Assembly: GCA_030550585.1 (NCBI GenBank)
Contig: JAUQPB010000001.1
Span: 96,001 to 160,000, forward strand
Reading direction: 5' to 3'
Length of the DNA stretch: 64,000 nt
DNA from: Thermoproteota archaeon
GTDB taxonomy: Archaea; Thermoproteota; Thermoprotei_A; Sulfolobales; Ignisphaeraceae
Part shown: positions 19,800-29,314 of the stretch, one piece after another
Layout of the letters: every line of letters begins with the position of its first letter
Position numbering within the stretch: the first letter of the stretch is position 1
Made by a program: the position numbers and the translations under genes
Notes under the pieces: generated by a model
What the model was told of the DNA's origin: nothing
The model's input: only the letters and a program-made list of their open reading frames with translations
The model's database searches: none

Positions 19800-20573
19800 A
19801 TGGGAAGGATTTTGAATCCATATGTAATTAGATTCGTTTCTTTTGCGAGAAAAAGCGGCAAAACAAGCTTAGCTTCGCAGATAGTTGCAAAGCTTAAGTC
19901 GAGGGGCTACATAGTTGGCGTAATTAAACATTCCTATGACGAAATCGATGTTGCTGACAAAGACAGCTATGTATACTCCAATGCCGGTGCCGATGTAGTT
20001 GTTGTTTCAGCGCCTAGCAAGGGCGCTGTATTCTATAGCAAGTGGGTTGACGATCTGAGCCACATTGTCAGATATCTCACCACACCAATAGTTGTTGTTG
20101 AAGGGTTTAGAGATTCGAGCATGGGAGACTCTGTAGCCATTGTCAACAAGGCTGAGGAGATAGGGTCTATAAAGAGCCTTAAAAACCTCATTGCCGTTGT
20201 TGCTAGCGAGGAGCTTGCAGACGCCTTGAGAGGAAAACACGAGTTTAAGGTCTTCACAAAAAGCGATGTAGATGAGCTGGCTAACCTAGTTGAGGACAAG
20301 GCTATTAGCTATATAGAGTCTCAGACACCAAAGTTAAACTGCGGGTATTGTGGCTTCGAGTCTTGTAGAACATTTGCAAAGGCTTTTGCAATGGGGAAAA
20401 CAGGTTGGTGTCCCGTTAAACTAGATGTCAAATTGATTGTAAATGATAGGAATGTGCCGCTAAACCCATTTGTTAAAAACGCTTTGAGGTCTACCATAGA
20501 AGGGTTTATATCGTCTCTCAAAGGGGTTGAGGATAATAGGAGAAGAATTGTTATCGAGATAAATCTTGACTGA
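19800..20573 (+). CDS. mobB: MobB molybdopterin-guanine dinucleotide biosynthesis protein with C-terminal Fe-S domain
   Basis: KSGKT P-loop, IKH, DS, VEGF; LNCGYCGFESC...C. Confidence 0.85.
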   Translation: MGRILNPYVIRFVSFARKSGKTSLASQIVAKLKSRGYIVGVIKHSYDEIDVADKDSYVYSNAGADVVVVSAPSKGAVFYSKWVDDLSHIVRYLTTPIVVVEGFRDSSMGDSVAIVNKAEEIGSIKSLKNLIAVVASEELADALRGKHEFKVFTKSDVDELANLVEDKAISYIESQTPKLNCGYCGFESCRTFAKAFAMGKTGWCPVKLDVKLIVNDRNVPLNPFVKNALRSTIEGFISSLKGVEDNRRRIVIEINLD

Positions 20574-20593
20574 ACACATTTCGGCGATGCTGT

Positions 20594-21457
20594 ATGAGAA
20601 TCACAATAGATGACATAACACAGATAGACTATAGCTTTGTGGAGGACTACCTATCAAAATTCTTGAAGAGCAGCCTGGCAGCTTCCGGCAAAAAAGGTTT
20701 TGTTATCGGAGTTAGCGGTGGTGTTGATTCTGCTACAGCCTATGCATTGGCTGTTAGAAGTGTGGGTAGAGAGAATGTCTTAGCCATTATAATGCCCGAC
20801 AAGAATACAACACCAAAAGAGGATGTGGATGACGCCATCGAGCTTGTCAACAGATTTGGCGGGAGGTACAACATTGTTGAAATATCTGATATAGTTGAAT
20901 CATATGTTAGAAGCATTCCAATAGCCTCAAACAGTGATACACTTGCTGTTGGGAATCTGAGAGCTAGAATCAGAATGTGTATTCTATACTACTACGCAAA
21001 TAAACTTGACTATTTGGTTCTTGGCACTAGTGATAGGAGCGAGTATCTAATTGGCTACTTCACAAAATATGGCGATGGTGCAACGGATATAGCGCCTCTA
21101 ATAGTGTTGCTGAAGACACAGGTTAGAAGATTTGGAGAGTTTCTAGGTGTTCCAAGAAAAATTATTGAAAAACCCAGTTCGCCAAGGCTTTGGCCCGGCC
21201 ATCTAGCTGAAGAGGAGCTTGGCCTAAGGTATGAAGATATTGATCTAGTTCTATTCACTTTTTTCGATCTTGGAATGCCAGTAAATATGATACCCGAGGC
21301 CACAGGGGTTAGCGAGGATGTTGTGAAGAGGGTTATACACATGTATTCTGCTTCTTCGCATAAGAGGATCGGCATTTTAATGCCTGATGCAAAGCCTGTT
21401 ATAGAGCATGTAACAGGGTCGATATATGCAAGGCTTAGGAGGAGTCACACAAAATAA
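20594..21457 (+). CDS. nadE: NH3-dependent NAD+ synthetase
   Basis: GVSGGVDS, GNLRARIRM, GYFTKYGDG, HKR. Confidence 0.95.
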   Translation: MRITIDDITQIDYSFVEDYLSKFLKSSLAASGKKGFVIGVSGGVDSATAYALAVRSVGRENVLAIIMPDKNTTPKEDVDDAIELVNRFGGRYNIVEISDIVESYVRSIPIASNSDTLAVGNLRARIRMCILYYYANKLDYLVLGTSDRSEYLIGYFTKYGDGATDIAPLIVLLKTQVRRFGEFLGVPRKIIEKPSSPRLWPGHLAEEELGLRYEDIDLVLFTFFDLGMPVNMIPEATGVSEDVVKRVIHMYSASSHKRIGILMPDAKPVIEHVTGSIYARLRRSHTK

Positions 21458-21545
21458 TCTGCTCTTTCTATGCAAACCAATTGTCAATGGCGTCTCCAAT
21501 TTTATATTATCTTGAAATATTTTAATTCTTGTAGCGTGATAAAAG

Positions 21546-22001
21546 TTGGTGGCTCTCGTGGAGTATGTGTATAGACCAAGCGACGATATTGAAAATCTTC
21601 TAGAAGAGGCTTCAAACCCACAGCTAGCCGACCCTATAAAGGTTATACTGCTCTACACATACTTTGAAAAGGTTTCTGCAAACGTAATTGTAGCTTCCGG
21701 TGAGAGAAAGTTAAAGGCCATCCTATGTAGACTCTCTTCTAAAAAGAGGATAAACAGGGCTTTGGCAATACTGAGAAAAGGGGGTTTTCTTTCGGAGGAC
21801 GAATACAAGGCTATTAGAAGAGTTGCTAGGGTTCTTCGATGCCTAAGAAATACCTTTTTGCATCAGGTCTGCGAATCGTCTTGCCCATCTATAGACCTTG
21901 GAGAGGCAATAAACGTGGCTAGACTGTTTAGCTTAAGGGCTAGGGAGTACATAGACAAGGTATTGAATAGCTGGTCTGTAGACTCTCCAAAAAGCCTTTA
22001 A
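21546..22001 (+). CDS. Hypothetical helical protein with HEPN-type R-x4-H motif
   Basis: LRNTFLH near the C-terminus, YFE in an N-terminal helix; start TTG 21546 or a nearby GTG. Confidence 0.6.
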   Translation: MVALVEYVYRPSDDIENLLEEASNPQLADPIKVILLYTYFEKVSANVIVASGERKLKAILCRLSSKKRINRALAILRKGGFLSEDEYKAIRRVARVLRCLRNTFLHQVCESSCPSIDLGEAINVARLFSLRAREYIDKVLNSWSVDSPKSL

Positions 22002-22027
22002 CTATGCTAAACAGAGCAATATTTTAA

Positions 22028-23020
22028 ATGAAGTCCGGCAAAGAGATTAGATGCTCTTTATGTAGAGAACCGGCTGTCACAAGGATAGCCTATGCAAAGC
22101 TGTGGCTATGCAAAAAACATTTTATTGAGTTCATTGAGAAAAGGATTTTAGAAACCATCAATAGATATAGACTTGCTGGACGAGGACAGAGGATACTGGT
22201 TGCTGTATCCGGAGGCAAAGACAGTATCACAACGCTTTATATGCTTCACAAAGCATCTATGGAAATGGGTTTCAAGGTAATTGCTCTACACATAGACTTG
22301 GGTATAGGGATGTACTCAAAGATCTCGCGGGAAACCGTAGAACATTTCTGTCAATCGCTTAGAATCCCACTCATTACGCTAGATCTCAAGACTCTCACAG
22401 GCTATAGCCTACCTGAGTTTGTGCACAAAACGAGAAGACCTCCATGTAGCATATGCGGCTTGTTAAAAAGGTATTTGATAAATGTTGTTGCACAAGAGAT
22501 TAAGGCTGATGCTGTAGCGCTTGGACATCACCTCGACGACCTACTGCCATATATATTCAAAAACTTTATTCTTCAAAACCTCTTCGAAATATCTAAACTC
22601 GGCCCTAGAACAGAGAGCGAAAATGGTCTTGTCGGCAGGATAAGACCTCTATACGAGGTTTCAGAACATGAGATAGCTCTCTACGCAAAACTTTCTAACC
22701 TGCCTTTTGTAGATGAGGAGTGTCCCTACGCAGGTAAGAAGAATCTTGATAAGCAGGTCAAGGAGTTCTTAAATAGTTTAGAGAGTCTGCATCCCGGAAT
22801 CAAAATATCTTTTGCAAGAGCTGTGGCACGGAATATCCATGTATACAAAGCGCTTTCTACCACAAAACCATTGAAAAAATGTATGGTTTGTGGAGCTCCA
22901 TCAAATGATGACATATGTTCTTTTTGCAAGCTAACCAATAGAGTGGCTGGAAAACCACTTGGAGCTGAGGTGAGACTAAAAATAAGAGATGCGCTTTCTT
23001 CTCTAGGTCTGTTAGAATGA
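22028..23020 (+). CDS. TtuA/Ncs6-type tRNA 2-thiolation enzyme
   Basis: N- and C-terminal zinc fingers, SGGKDS PP-loop, CSICG, GHHLDD, RIRPL, CPY. Confidence 0.9.
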   Translation: MKSGKEIRCSLCREPAVTRIAYAKLWLCKKHFIEFIEKRILETINRYRLAGRGQRILVAVSGGKDSITTLYMLHKASMEMGFKVIALHIDLGIGMYSKISRETVEHFCQSLRIPLITLDLKTLTGYSLPEFVHKTRRPPCSICGLLKRYLINVVAQEIKADAVALGHHLDDLLPYIFKNFILQNLFEISKLGPRTESENGLVGRIRPLYEVSEHEIALYAKLSNLPFVDEECPYAGKKNLDKQVKEFLNSLESLHPGIKISFARAVARNIHVYKALSTTKPLKKCMVCGAPSNDDICSFCKLTNRVAGKPLGAEVRLKIRDALSSLGLLE

Positions 23021-23436
23021 GACTAAAAATACCGAAAAAAGTTTTTGAAGTGCTGATAGAGATTGCCACTAATAGCTCTGATGAGATTGTCCTCATAGGA
23101 GTTGGAAATACAAAGGAAGGCGATATTATAATCAGCGAATTTTTTAAATGTAGGAACATTGCTGAAAATACTAAAATAGAATTTAAGGCAGACCCCCTAT
23201 GTATATATACAGCATATAAATACGCTGAAAGGAATGGGCTAGAGATTGTGGCTATTATCCACAGCCATCCTGCACCACCATATCCGAGCAACCTTGACAT
23301 GAAAAACATGAGGCTTTGGGACATACCATGGATAATAATAGATAGTTTAACAGGAGCCTCAAAAGCCTGGATGGTCGATGACAATGTCGTTGAGGTGCCT
23401 ATAGAATTTGTGGATGATGATTGTGGCCGTAACTGA
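23017..23436 (+). CDS. JAMM/MPN+ (M67) metalloprotease, likely desampylase
   Basis: E...HSHP..PYPSNLD JAMM motif; ATGA overlap with the TtuA-like gene. Confidence 0.9.
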   Translation: MRLKIPKKVFEVLIEIATNSSDEIVLIGVGNTKEGDIIISEFFKCRNIAENTKIEFKADPLCIYTAYKYAERNGLEIVAIIHSHPAPPYPSNLDMKNMRLWDIPWIIIDSLTGASKAWMVDDNVVEVPIEFVDDDCGRN

Positions 23437-23465
23437 GTTTTGATGATAGGTGGGCTTTTCTGATC
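23412..23465 (+). ncRNA. Box C/D methylation-guide sRNA (sR-A)
   Basis: C ATGATGA 23414-20; guide TTGTGGCCGTAA; D' CTGA 23433-36; C' TGATGA 23441-46; guide TAGGTGGGCTTTT; D CTGA 23460-63. The D' guide is complementary to conserved 16S UACGGCCGCAA. Confidence 0.9.
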
Positions 23466-23516
23466 GACTTCTCTAATTTTGATCTCGAGAGACGCAAATT
23501 GTGGGATGATTAAGGA

Positions 23517-23532
23517 TTGAAACATGTTTCAA
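23517..23532. repeat. Perfect 16-bp palindrome in a convergent intergenic region
   Basis: TTGAAACATGTTTCAA. Confidence 0.6.
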
Positions 23533-23596
23533 GATGACTTGATGTTTTGGAAAAATTCTAGGTCTAGAGATTTTGACGCATATTAAAGCACTTGAA

Positions 23597-25159
23597 TTAG
23601 AATATTGGAGCCTTTACTAAGTCAGCGTAGTACTCCCTCAAGACCCTCTGCATGCTTGCTCTAGGTATGAAGGATCTAAATGCTGAGAGGGCTATACCAT
23701 AGTATCTCTCGGGATTGTTCTTATACAAATTAAATATCTGTAAGAGCTTGGCCTTCAACTCTGCATATTCCCTTTCGTTGATTTCACCAGCTCTCTGGCT
23801 GTAGACATCTATCGGATCTCTTATGTCTTCTCCAAAGAGCCACCCATTCACATGGTCTACGATAAACTCTAGCGCCCCGCCATCTCTTGAGGCAAGAGTT
23901 GGAACAGCATTTATGGCTGCTTTCATGAAGCTTGTGCCGCATGCCTCAAGCCCTGAGAACGGTGTGAACAATAGCAGATCCCCAGATGATAGAACTATCT
24001 TTGCCTTTTGAATGTCATAGTCATGTATGTATACAACGTTTGGCAGCTCGTTGTGTAGCTTCTTAAACAGTTTCATGTATTCGAGGCCCACATAGTCATA
24101 TGGATGGGCTTTCCCTCCAAGTACAAAGAGTATTGGCATGTCTTTGAGTTCTCTAGCAAGTTTTATAGCCATCCAAGGTCTTTTATACTCTGTTATCCTT
24201 CTAGCCCAGACAACAACGAATTTGTCATCTATTGTAACATCCTTTTTGTATTGCTGGAGAAAAGTTTCAAAGCGGTTTCTAATCCTTTCTCTAATCTTTA
24301 CAAGAGCATCTAGACTTATTGACGTTGCTGAGTAGAGTTTTTTAAGCTCTTCATGCATCCACCTATCGATGTTTACACCATTGGTTATATAGCCAAGCTT
24401 GTCGCTGAAGTGCGGAAATATTCTAAGGAGAACATCGTAGTGTTTGGCTGATACAGCAAACGCTTGCTCTGCAACGGCAAGACCTATTTCAGTTAGATAC
24501 ACCTCCGACTCTATGAATCTATATTCATATTCTAGCGACAGGAGATCCCTTGGAAATGATGGGTGGCCCCATATGCCGGCGGTGTGTATAACCATTCTAT
24601 ACTTTCCAGGGATTCTAAGCTGAAGGGGCAGCAAAGCTGTGTACGCTTCTTGAAGATCTATATATGCTATGTCCTCCAATCCAATGTTTCTTCTGATATA
24701 CTCTGCCGCCGCCTTTGCTAGCAGTGTGTATTTGTAGAACTTTTCTTCTGTAGAGTCTTCAATGTATATTCTATCAACTATTTTACTAGCCCAAGCAGGG
24801 CTGTCAACATTGAAGAAAACTGTTTTTGCAGTTCCATATGTATATTCCAAAGCCTCTACAACTACATCACTATTTCTCAACTTTATCGTAAACTTGTCGC
24901 CAGGCTTTAGCATATTGAGAAATTCTTGGGGCTGTGGCTGGGGCTTTGGCTTCGGAGTACCATCTGGATCAAATTCGTAGTCTACATAACCATTCTTATA
25001 GAGAAGTGTTAGAACAACATATCTCATCCCCATTTTCCCAGCAGCATAAAACTTGTCTCCCTCTAAAACCCCTAGACCACCTGCATATGTGTAACCTGAT
25101 TCTAGCGCTAGATCAGGTGTTATGCTAATCGCATAAGCATCTCTTCTTACACTACTCAA
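23597..25159 (-). CDS. Compact alpha-glucan/maltodextrin phosphorylase (GT35)
   Basis: YAGGLGVL, TNGV, ARRITEYKR, GKAHP, EACGTSFMKAAIN (PLP lysine). Confidence 0.92.
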   Translation of the reverse strand: MSSVRRDAYAISITPDLALESGYTYAGGLGVLEGDKFYAAGKMGMRYVVLTLLYKNGYVDYEFDPDGTPKPKPQPQPQEFLNMLKPGDKFTIKLRNSDVVVEALEYTYGTAKTVFFNVDSPAWASKIVDRIYIEDSTEEKFYKYTLLAKAAAEYIRRNIGLEDIAYIDLQEAYTALLPLQLRIPGKYRMVIHTAGIWGHPSFPRDLLSLEYEYRFIESEVYLTEIGLAVAEQAFAVSAKHYDVLLRIFPHFSDKLGYITNGVNIDRWMHEELKKLYSATSISLDALVKIRERIRNRFETFLQQYKKDVTIDDKFVVVWARRITEYKRPWMAIKLARELKDMPILFVLGGKAHPYDYVGLEYMKLFKKLHNELPNVVYIHDYDIQKAKIVLSSGDLLLFTPFSGLEACGTSFMKAAINAVPTLASRDGGALEFIVDHVNGWLFGEDIRDPIDVYSQRAGEINEREYAELKAKLLQIFNLYKNNPERYYGIALSAFRSFIPRASMQRVLREYYADLVKAPIF

Positions 25160-25283
25160 AAGTTTTCACCATAGTAATTTCTATGTTGTCACAGATATTA
25201 AAACGCTATCAGCTTTCAATAGAGTATCTAGAGGAAAGATATATACTGTAAGAACCGTTATATTGACAGCTATTGGATAAACT

Positions 25284-26575
25284 TCAATGCAGGGCTATAG
25301 CCGGTACCCACAGTAGGGCGAGGTATATCAAGGTGTTTACAGCTGTTACGATAACCCCTATCCTTAGGAACTCTGTAAACGATATTGATGTGCTCATCTT
25401 TGACTCTAGATACTCAATTATTATTATATTCGATGCTGCGCCAAGAAGCGTTAGGTTCCCAGCTATTGTAGATGCCATTGCTAGTGTTATCCAAGATAGT
25501 TGGTCGTTGCTTGCATATCCAAGGCTCTTCATATAGTCTATAACCAGTTTTGTGAAAGGCACATTGCTTATGACCTAGCTTACAACTATAGACGCAGCTG
25601 TTATAGAGAGTATATCCATTATGCCACTGAGCTTCCTCGGTATGAATATGTTTAGAAGTGGGTTTAGAACACCACTTCTCCAAACCCCCTCCATAGTTAT
25701 AAACATCGTTATGAAGAATATTATTGTCCCCCAATCAACATTCGATAGAACCTTTCTCAGATTCCTAAACATTATGTATAGAGCAGCCGCTATTATAAAT
25801 GGTATGAACCCCCTCTTAGATATGTAGGGCAAACCCATTATCTGCAGAACATCATTGACGATAAGAGCTGCTATAGAGGATAGCAACCCTATGACCCCCC
25901 GTAGCGCTTCTCTCCTATCCTTTATGGCCTCATGGGGTACTAAGGCAAGTTGAACCCTCTTATTCTCTATCCTAAAATACTTTATGATTATATATGGCGT
26001 CACCAAGAGGTTTATGATGGTTGGTATAATCAGATAATTCACAAATCTTATGAAGGGGCCTCTAGACCAGATCTCTCAGCTATCAAAACGTTTTGCGGAT
26101 TTCCAATGGGTGTTGTAACAGAGCCTATTGTAAGCGAGAATGCGAGTAGGAGGAACATAGCCTTTGGATCAACGTCAATAGCTCTTGCAATAGTGTATGC
26201 TATTGGAGGTCCCATGAACGCTACAGTATCGTTCATTGCTATAGCTGCTAGAAGACCAAACAATATAGATGAGGCATATATCACCGTATACCTGCTTTTG
26301 AAGCGACCAATAAACCATGTGGAGATGGCTTCTAGAACCCCTGACACCTCGGCCAATCCAACTATTGAGAACATGCCAATTAAAAACAGTATTACATCAA
26401 GGTCGATAACATTGTCTAGCTCATCTGGTTTAACCAATCTGAAGAGAATTGTTATAAACGATAGAAAGGCCATTATGCTCCACACAGGTGTCTGGGGCCT
26501 GCGACTTCTAGCTATGAGTGATGCTATAAGCAGTATGACTATTATCAACCCAGCTAAATTCTCATAGTTTATAAC
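25284..26575 (-). pseudogene. Disrupted ArsB/NhaD/SLC13-type ion transporter
   Basis: Three fragments carrying NDT, TPIGNPQN, VDWGTIIFF, SNVP and AGNLTLLGAASN; -1 frameshift near 26050; in-frame TAG at 25575-25577 where Q is expected. Confidence 0.85.
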
Positions 26576-26650
26576 TCATCAAACTTGGGTTTGATAACTG
26601 TGGAGAAAACAAAAAGCTTTTCTATTAAATTCTGTATGTATAGTTGTTTT

Positions 26651-28039
26651 CTAACCTTTGTCAAGCCTCTTTATCGATGGGGGTATTAGACCCCCTCTTT
26701 CAACAAACTTTTTTGTATCGTATCTAGGCACATTCATGACTACGGTTGATCCTAGCAGCCCCCCAAAGTCAACCACATCACCTGGTTTTGCATTTGGTAC
26801 AGGTATTATTCTAACCCCAAGTGCTTTGTCGAGTGCTATTCCAACAGCCATAACATCTAGTATTAGAGCGGCTATTGTTTCTGGCGGTGTATCACCTGGA
26901 ATTGCAACCATGTCTATTCCGGTGTTGCAGACAGCCATCATGGCCTCTAGCCTATCTATCGTTATAGCCCCTAGCATAGCTGCTCTAGTCATCCCCCAGT
27001 CCTCGCTAACTGGTATAAATGCCCCACTCAATCCCCCTATACTCGAAGTTGCCATTGCACCGCCCTTCTTAACCGCGTCAACCAATATATATAGAGCTGC
27101 TATACTGCCAGGGGCTCCGGCAACCTCCAAGCCCATCGCCTCCAATATTCTTGCAACGCTATCCCCTATTTTTGGCGATGGAGCGACAGAAAGGTCGACA
27201 ATACCGAACTGTGCGCCTATCTCCTTAGCAACCTCTCTCCCGATAAGCTCACCCAGCCTAGTTATCTTGAATGCTGCCCTCTTCACATAGTCGTGCAATG
27301 TTCTCATATCAGCTTTTTCTCCAAGCCTCTTAATGACAGCCTCTATCACCCCAGGGCCGCTAACAGCAACATTGACAACTGTTTCCGGCTCTCCGAGACC
27401 GTGGTAAGCCCCTGGTACGAATGGGTTGTCCTCTGGGGCATTAGCCATAACAGCGAATCTTGTGCATCCAATTCCCTTCGGAGTCTTGTGGGCAAGGTCA
27501 ACAATTTTTCTAGAGACTGTGTTAACCGCATCGACGTTTATTCCAGTGTATGTTGATGCTGCGTTAATCATGGATGCTATTGTCTGTGTCGATGCTAGTG
27601 CATCTGGAAACGACTCTATTACAGCTATATCTCCATGTGTAAAGCCTTTGTGTACAAAGGCTGAGTACCCACCAACATAGTCTATTCCAATGCTTGTGGC
27701 AATCCTATCAATTGCTTTAGCGATCTCTATTCCAGCCTCAACAGCCTTGTCGATACTGTTCTTAGCTATAGCCTCTAGAACAATTGATATCGGTGTCAAC
27801 GCAATTCTCTTGGTAACTATCTTTACACCATATTTGTTGGCAACTTTGTCAACAGCTTTAACCAGCTTCTCGCCATATACACCAACCTTTCTCTCTACAC
27901 AGCCAATAGAGTCTGCTACGTTATGCGATATACAATCCTGGATGCTTAAACCAAGTGTTACAGACCTTATGTCCAGATCTTGAAAAAGTAGCATCTCAAC
28001 AACTTCTCCAATTTCCTCAGGAGCGAATATCCTTGGCAA
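26651..28039 (-). CDS. DUF711/UPF0210 (PFL-like fold) protein
   Basis: LDIRSVTLG, NAPEDNPF..GAYHG, AFKITRLG, GGLSGAFIPVSED. Confidence 0.9.
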   Translation of the reverse strand: MPRIFAPEEIGEVVEMLLFQDLDIRSVTLGLSIQDCISHNVADSIGCVERKVGVYGEKLVKAVDKVANKYGVKIVTKRIALTPISIVLEAIAKNSIDKAVEAGIEIAKAIDRIATSIGIDYVGGYSAFVHKGFTHGDIAVIESFPDALASTQTIASMINAASTYTGINVDAVNTVSRKIVDLAHKTPKGIGCTRFAVMANAPEDNPFVPGAYHGLGEPETVVNVAVSGPGVIEAVIKRLGEKADMRTLHDYVKRAAFKITRLGELIGREVAKEIGAQFGIVDLSVAPSPKIGDSVARILEAMGLEVAGAPGSIAALYILVDAVKKGGAMATSSIGGLSGAFIPVSEDWGMTRAAMLGAITIDRLEAMMAVCNTGIDMVAIPGDTPPETIAALILDVMAVGIALDKALGVRIIPVPNAKPGDVVDFGGLLGSTVVMNVPRYDTKKFVERGGLIPPSIKRLDKG

Positions 28040-28042
28040 GCG

Positions 28043-28348
28043 CTACACCCTCTGCATAGCCCTGAAAACAGCAATATGATTAACGCTCACCTCAACACCG
28101 AGATCCCTACCCTTTGCAATAAGCTCTTCTCTAAGCTTAGGCAAGTCGATTCTACCTGTAGACAAATCGACGATCATTATCATGCTGAAAATTCCTCTAA
28201 CAACTGTCTGGGAAATGTCAACAATATTCACATTGTATTTTGCTAGAACAGATGTTATGCCAGCTACAATACCAGGTTTGTCAGCACCGATAACTGTTAT
28301 AACGGCTAGGCTCTCATCTGAAGCTCTATCAAGATCGCTATGCAGCAT
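28043..28348 (-). CDS. ACT-domain protein (UPF0237)
   Basis: AVITVIGADKPGIVA, NIVDISQT, FRAMQRV; usual partner of DUF711. Confidence 0.9.
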   Translation of the reverse strand: MLHSDLDRASDESLAVITVIGADKPGIVAGITSVLAKYNVNIVDISQTVVRGIFSMIMIVDLSTGRIDLPKLREELIAKGRDLGVEVSVNHIAVFRAMQRV

Positions 28349-28443
28349 GGCTTCTCGTACCACAGCGAATATTAGTTACATAGTAATGCATAAAAATATT
28401 ACTGAATCTAGAATCAGGTTCCAGAAGAAGCGCATTTCAGAAA

Positions 28444-28496
28444 ATGTGATGAGCTCAGGCGACTCTGAATAGTGATGTGGTCAGCCTTGGCTGAAC
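28444..28496 (+). ncRNA. Box C/D methylation-guide sRNA (sR-B)
   Basis: C GTGATGA 28446-52; guide GCTCAGGCGACT; D' CTGA 28465-68; C' TGATGT 28473-78; guide GGTCAGCCTTGG; D CTGA 28491-94; intergenic. Confidence 0.85.
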
Positions 28497-28570
28497 CAAC
28501 TTGGCACAACAACCACTTTTAATTGCTGCCAGCAAGCAACATTTTTGTGGTGGTTTTCGTGGATTTGAAG

Positions 28571-28942
28571 ATGTATAGACTAACATTTGAGAGCAAAGGC
28601 TATGAGGCACAGGATATAACAGCACATATAGCTAATGTTATTAGGGAGAGTGGTCTTGTAAATGGAATAGCAGTTCTATATACCAATGAGAGGGGCTGTA
28701 GCGTTACTGAAATAGAGTATGAGCCTGAACTACTCGCAGACCTCGAACAGCTTCTTCATAGAGTTGGATGTGTAGACAAGTCGCTTTGCAATGTGATAAT
28801 AGGGAAAAATGTCTTTGTACCTGTTGTAAAAGGATCCATGTTTCTAGGCCAGTTCAAGAGAATAGTATTTGTAGATATATCCAGAATCGAGGGAAGCAAG
28901 TCTGTGGTGCTTGTCCTTGAAGGTGTATTCAAAGGTAATTGA
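28571..28942 (+). CDS. YjbQ/UPF0047-family protein, degenerate copy 1
   Basis: DIT..I...IRESGLVNG, EYEPELLADL, LGQFKRIVFVD. Confidence 0.75.
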   Translation: MYRLTFESKGYEAQDITAHIANVIRESGLVNGIAVLYTNERGCSVTEIEYEPELLADLEQLLHRVGCVDKSLCNVIIGKNVFVPVVKGSMFLGQFKRIVFVDISRIEGSKSVVLVLEGVFKGN

Positions 28943-29312
28943 AGTAAAAACCTACGGGCCAATGGTGCTACACAACATTACTGATATTGTAACAGACTGT
29001 ATCAAAGAAAGTGGCGTCAAAAACGGTTTGATATGGATCTCAGTTGAAGGGGCAACACCAGCCATTGTAGTCCTTGAGGTTGGCAAGGAAGAGGCGTTCT
29101 TGAATTTCATAACAAGGCTAATACCATTTGAAGGTTGGAGACATGGAAATGCATATGCACATCTAATCTCAACAATTCTATCGACAAATGCTGTTATCCC
29201 AGTTGAAAACGGGGCTATTATGCTGCGCAACGATGAGAGGATATATTTGCTGGAGACGAGATCTGTTTACAACCATGTGAGGAGAATAGCTGTGGAAATT
29301 CATGGTATCTAA
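28911..29312 (+). CDS. YjbQ/UPF0047-family protein, copy 2
   Basis: NITDIV..CIKESGVKNG, GATPAI, WRHGNAYAHL, IPVENG. Confidence 0.8.
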   Translation: MSLKVYSKVIEVKTYGPMVLHNITDIVTDCIKESGVKNGLIWISVEGATPAIVVLEVGKEEAFLNFITRLIPFEGWRHGNAYAHLISTILSTNAVIPVENGAIMLRNDERIYLLETRSVYNHVRRIAVEIHGI

Positions 29313-29314
29313 AC

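Noticed and set aside
25575-25577. In-frame TAG as possible pyrrolysine or readthrough
   Set aside because: Single C-to-T change from the expected Gln codon, a separate frameshift in the same gene, and no pyl genes seen
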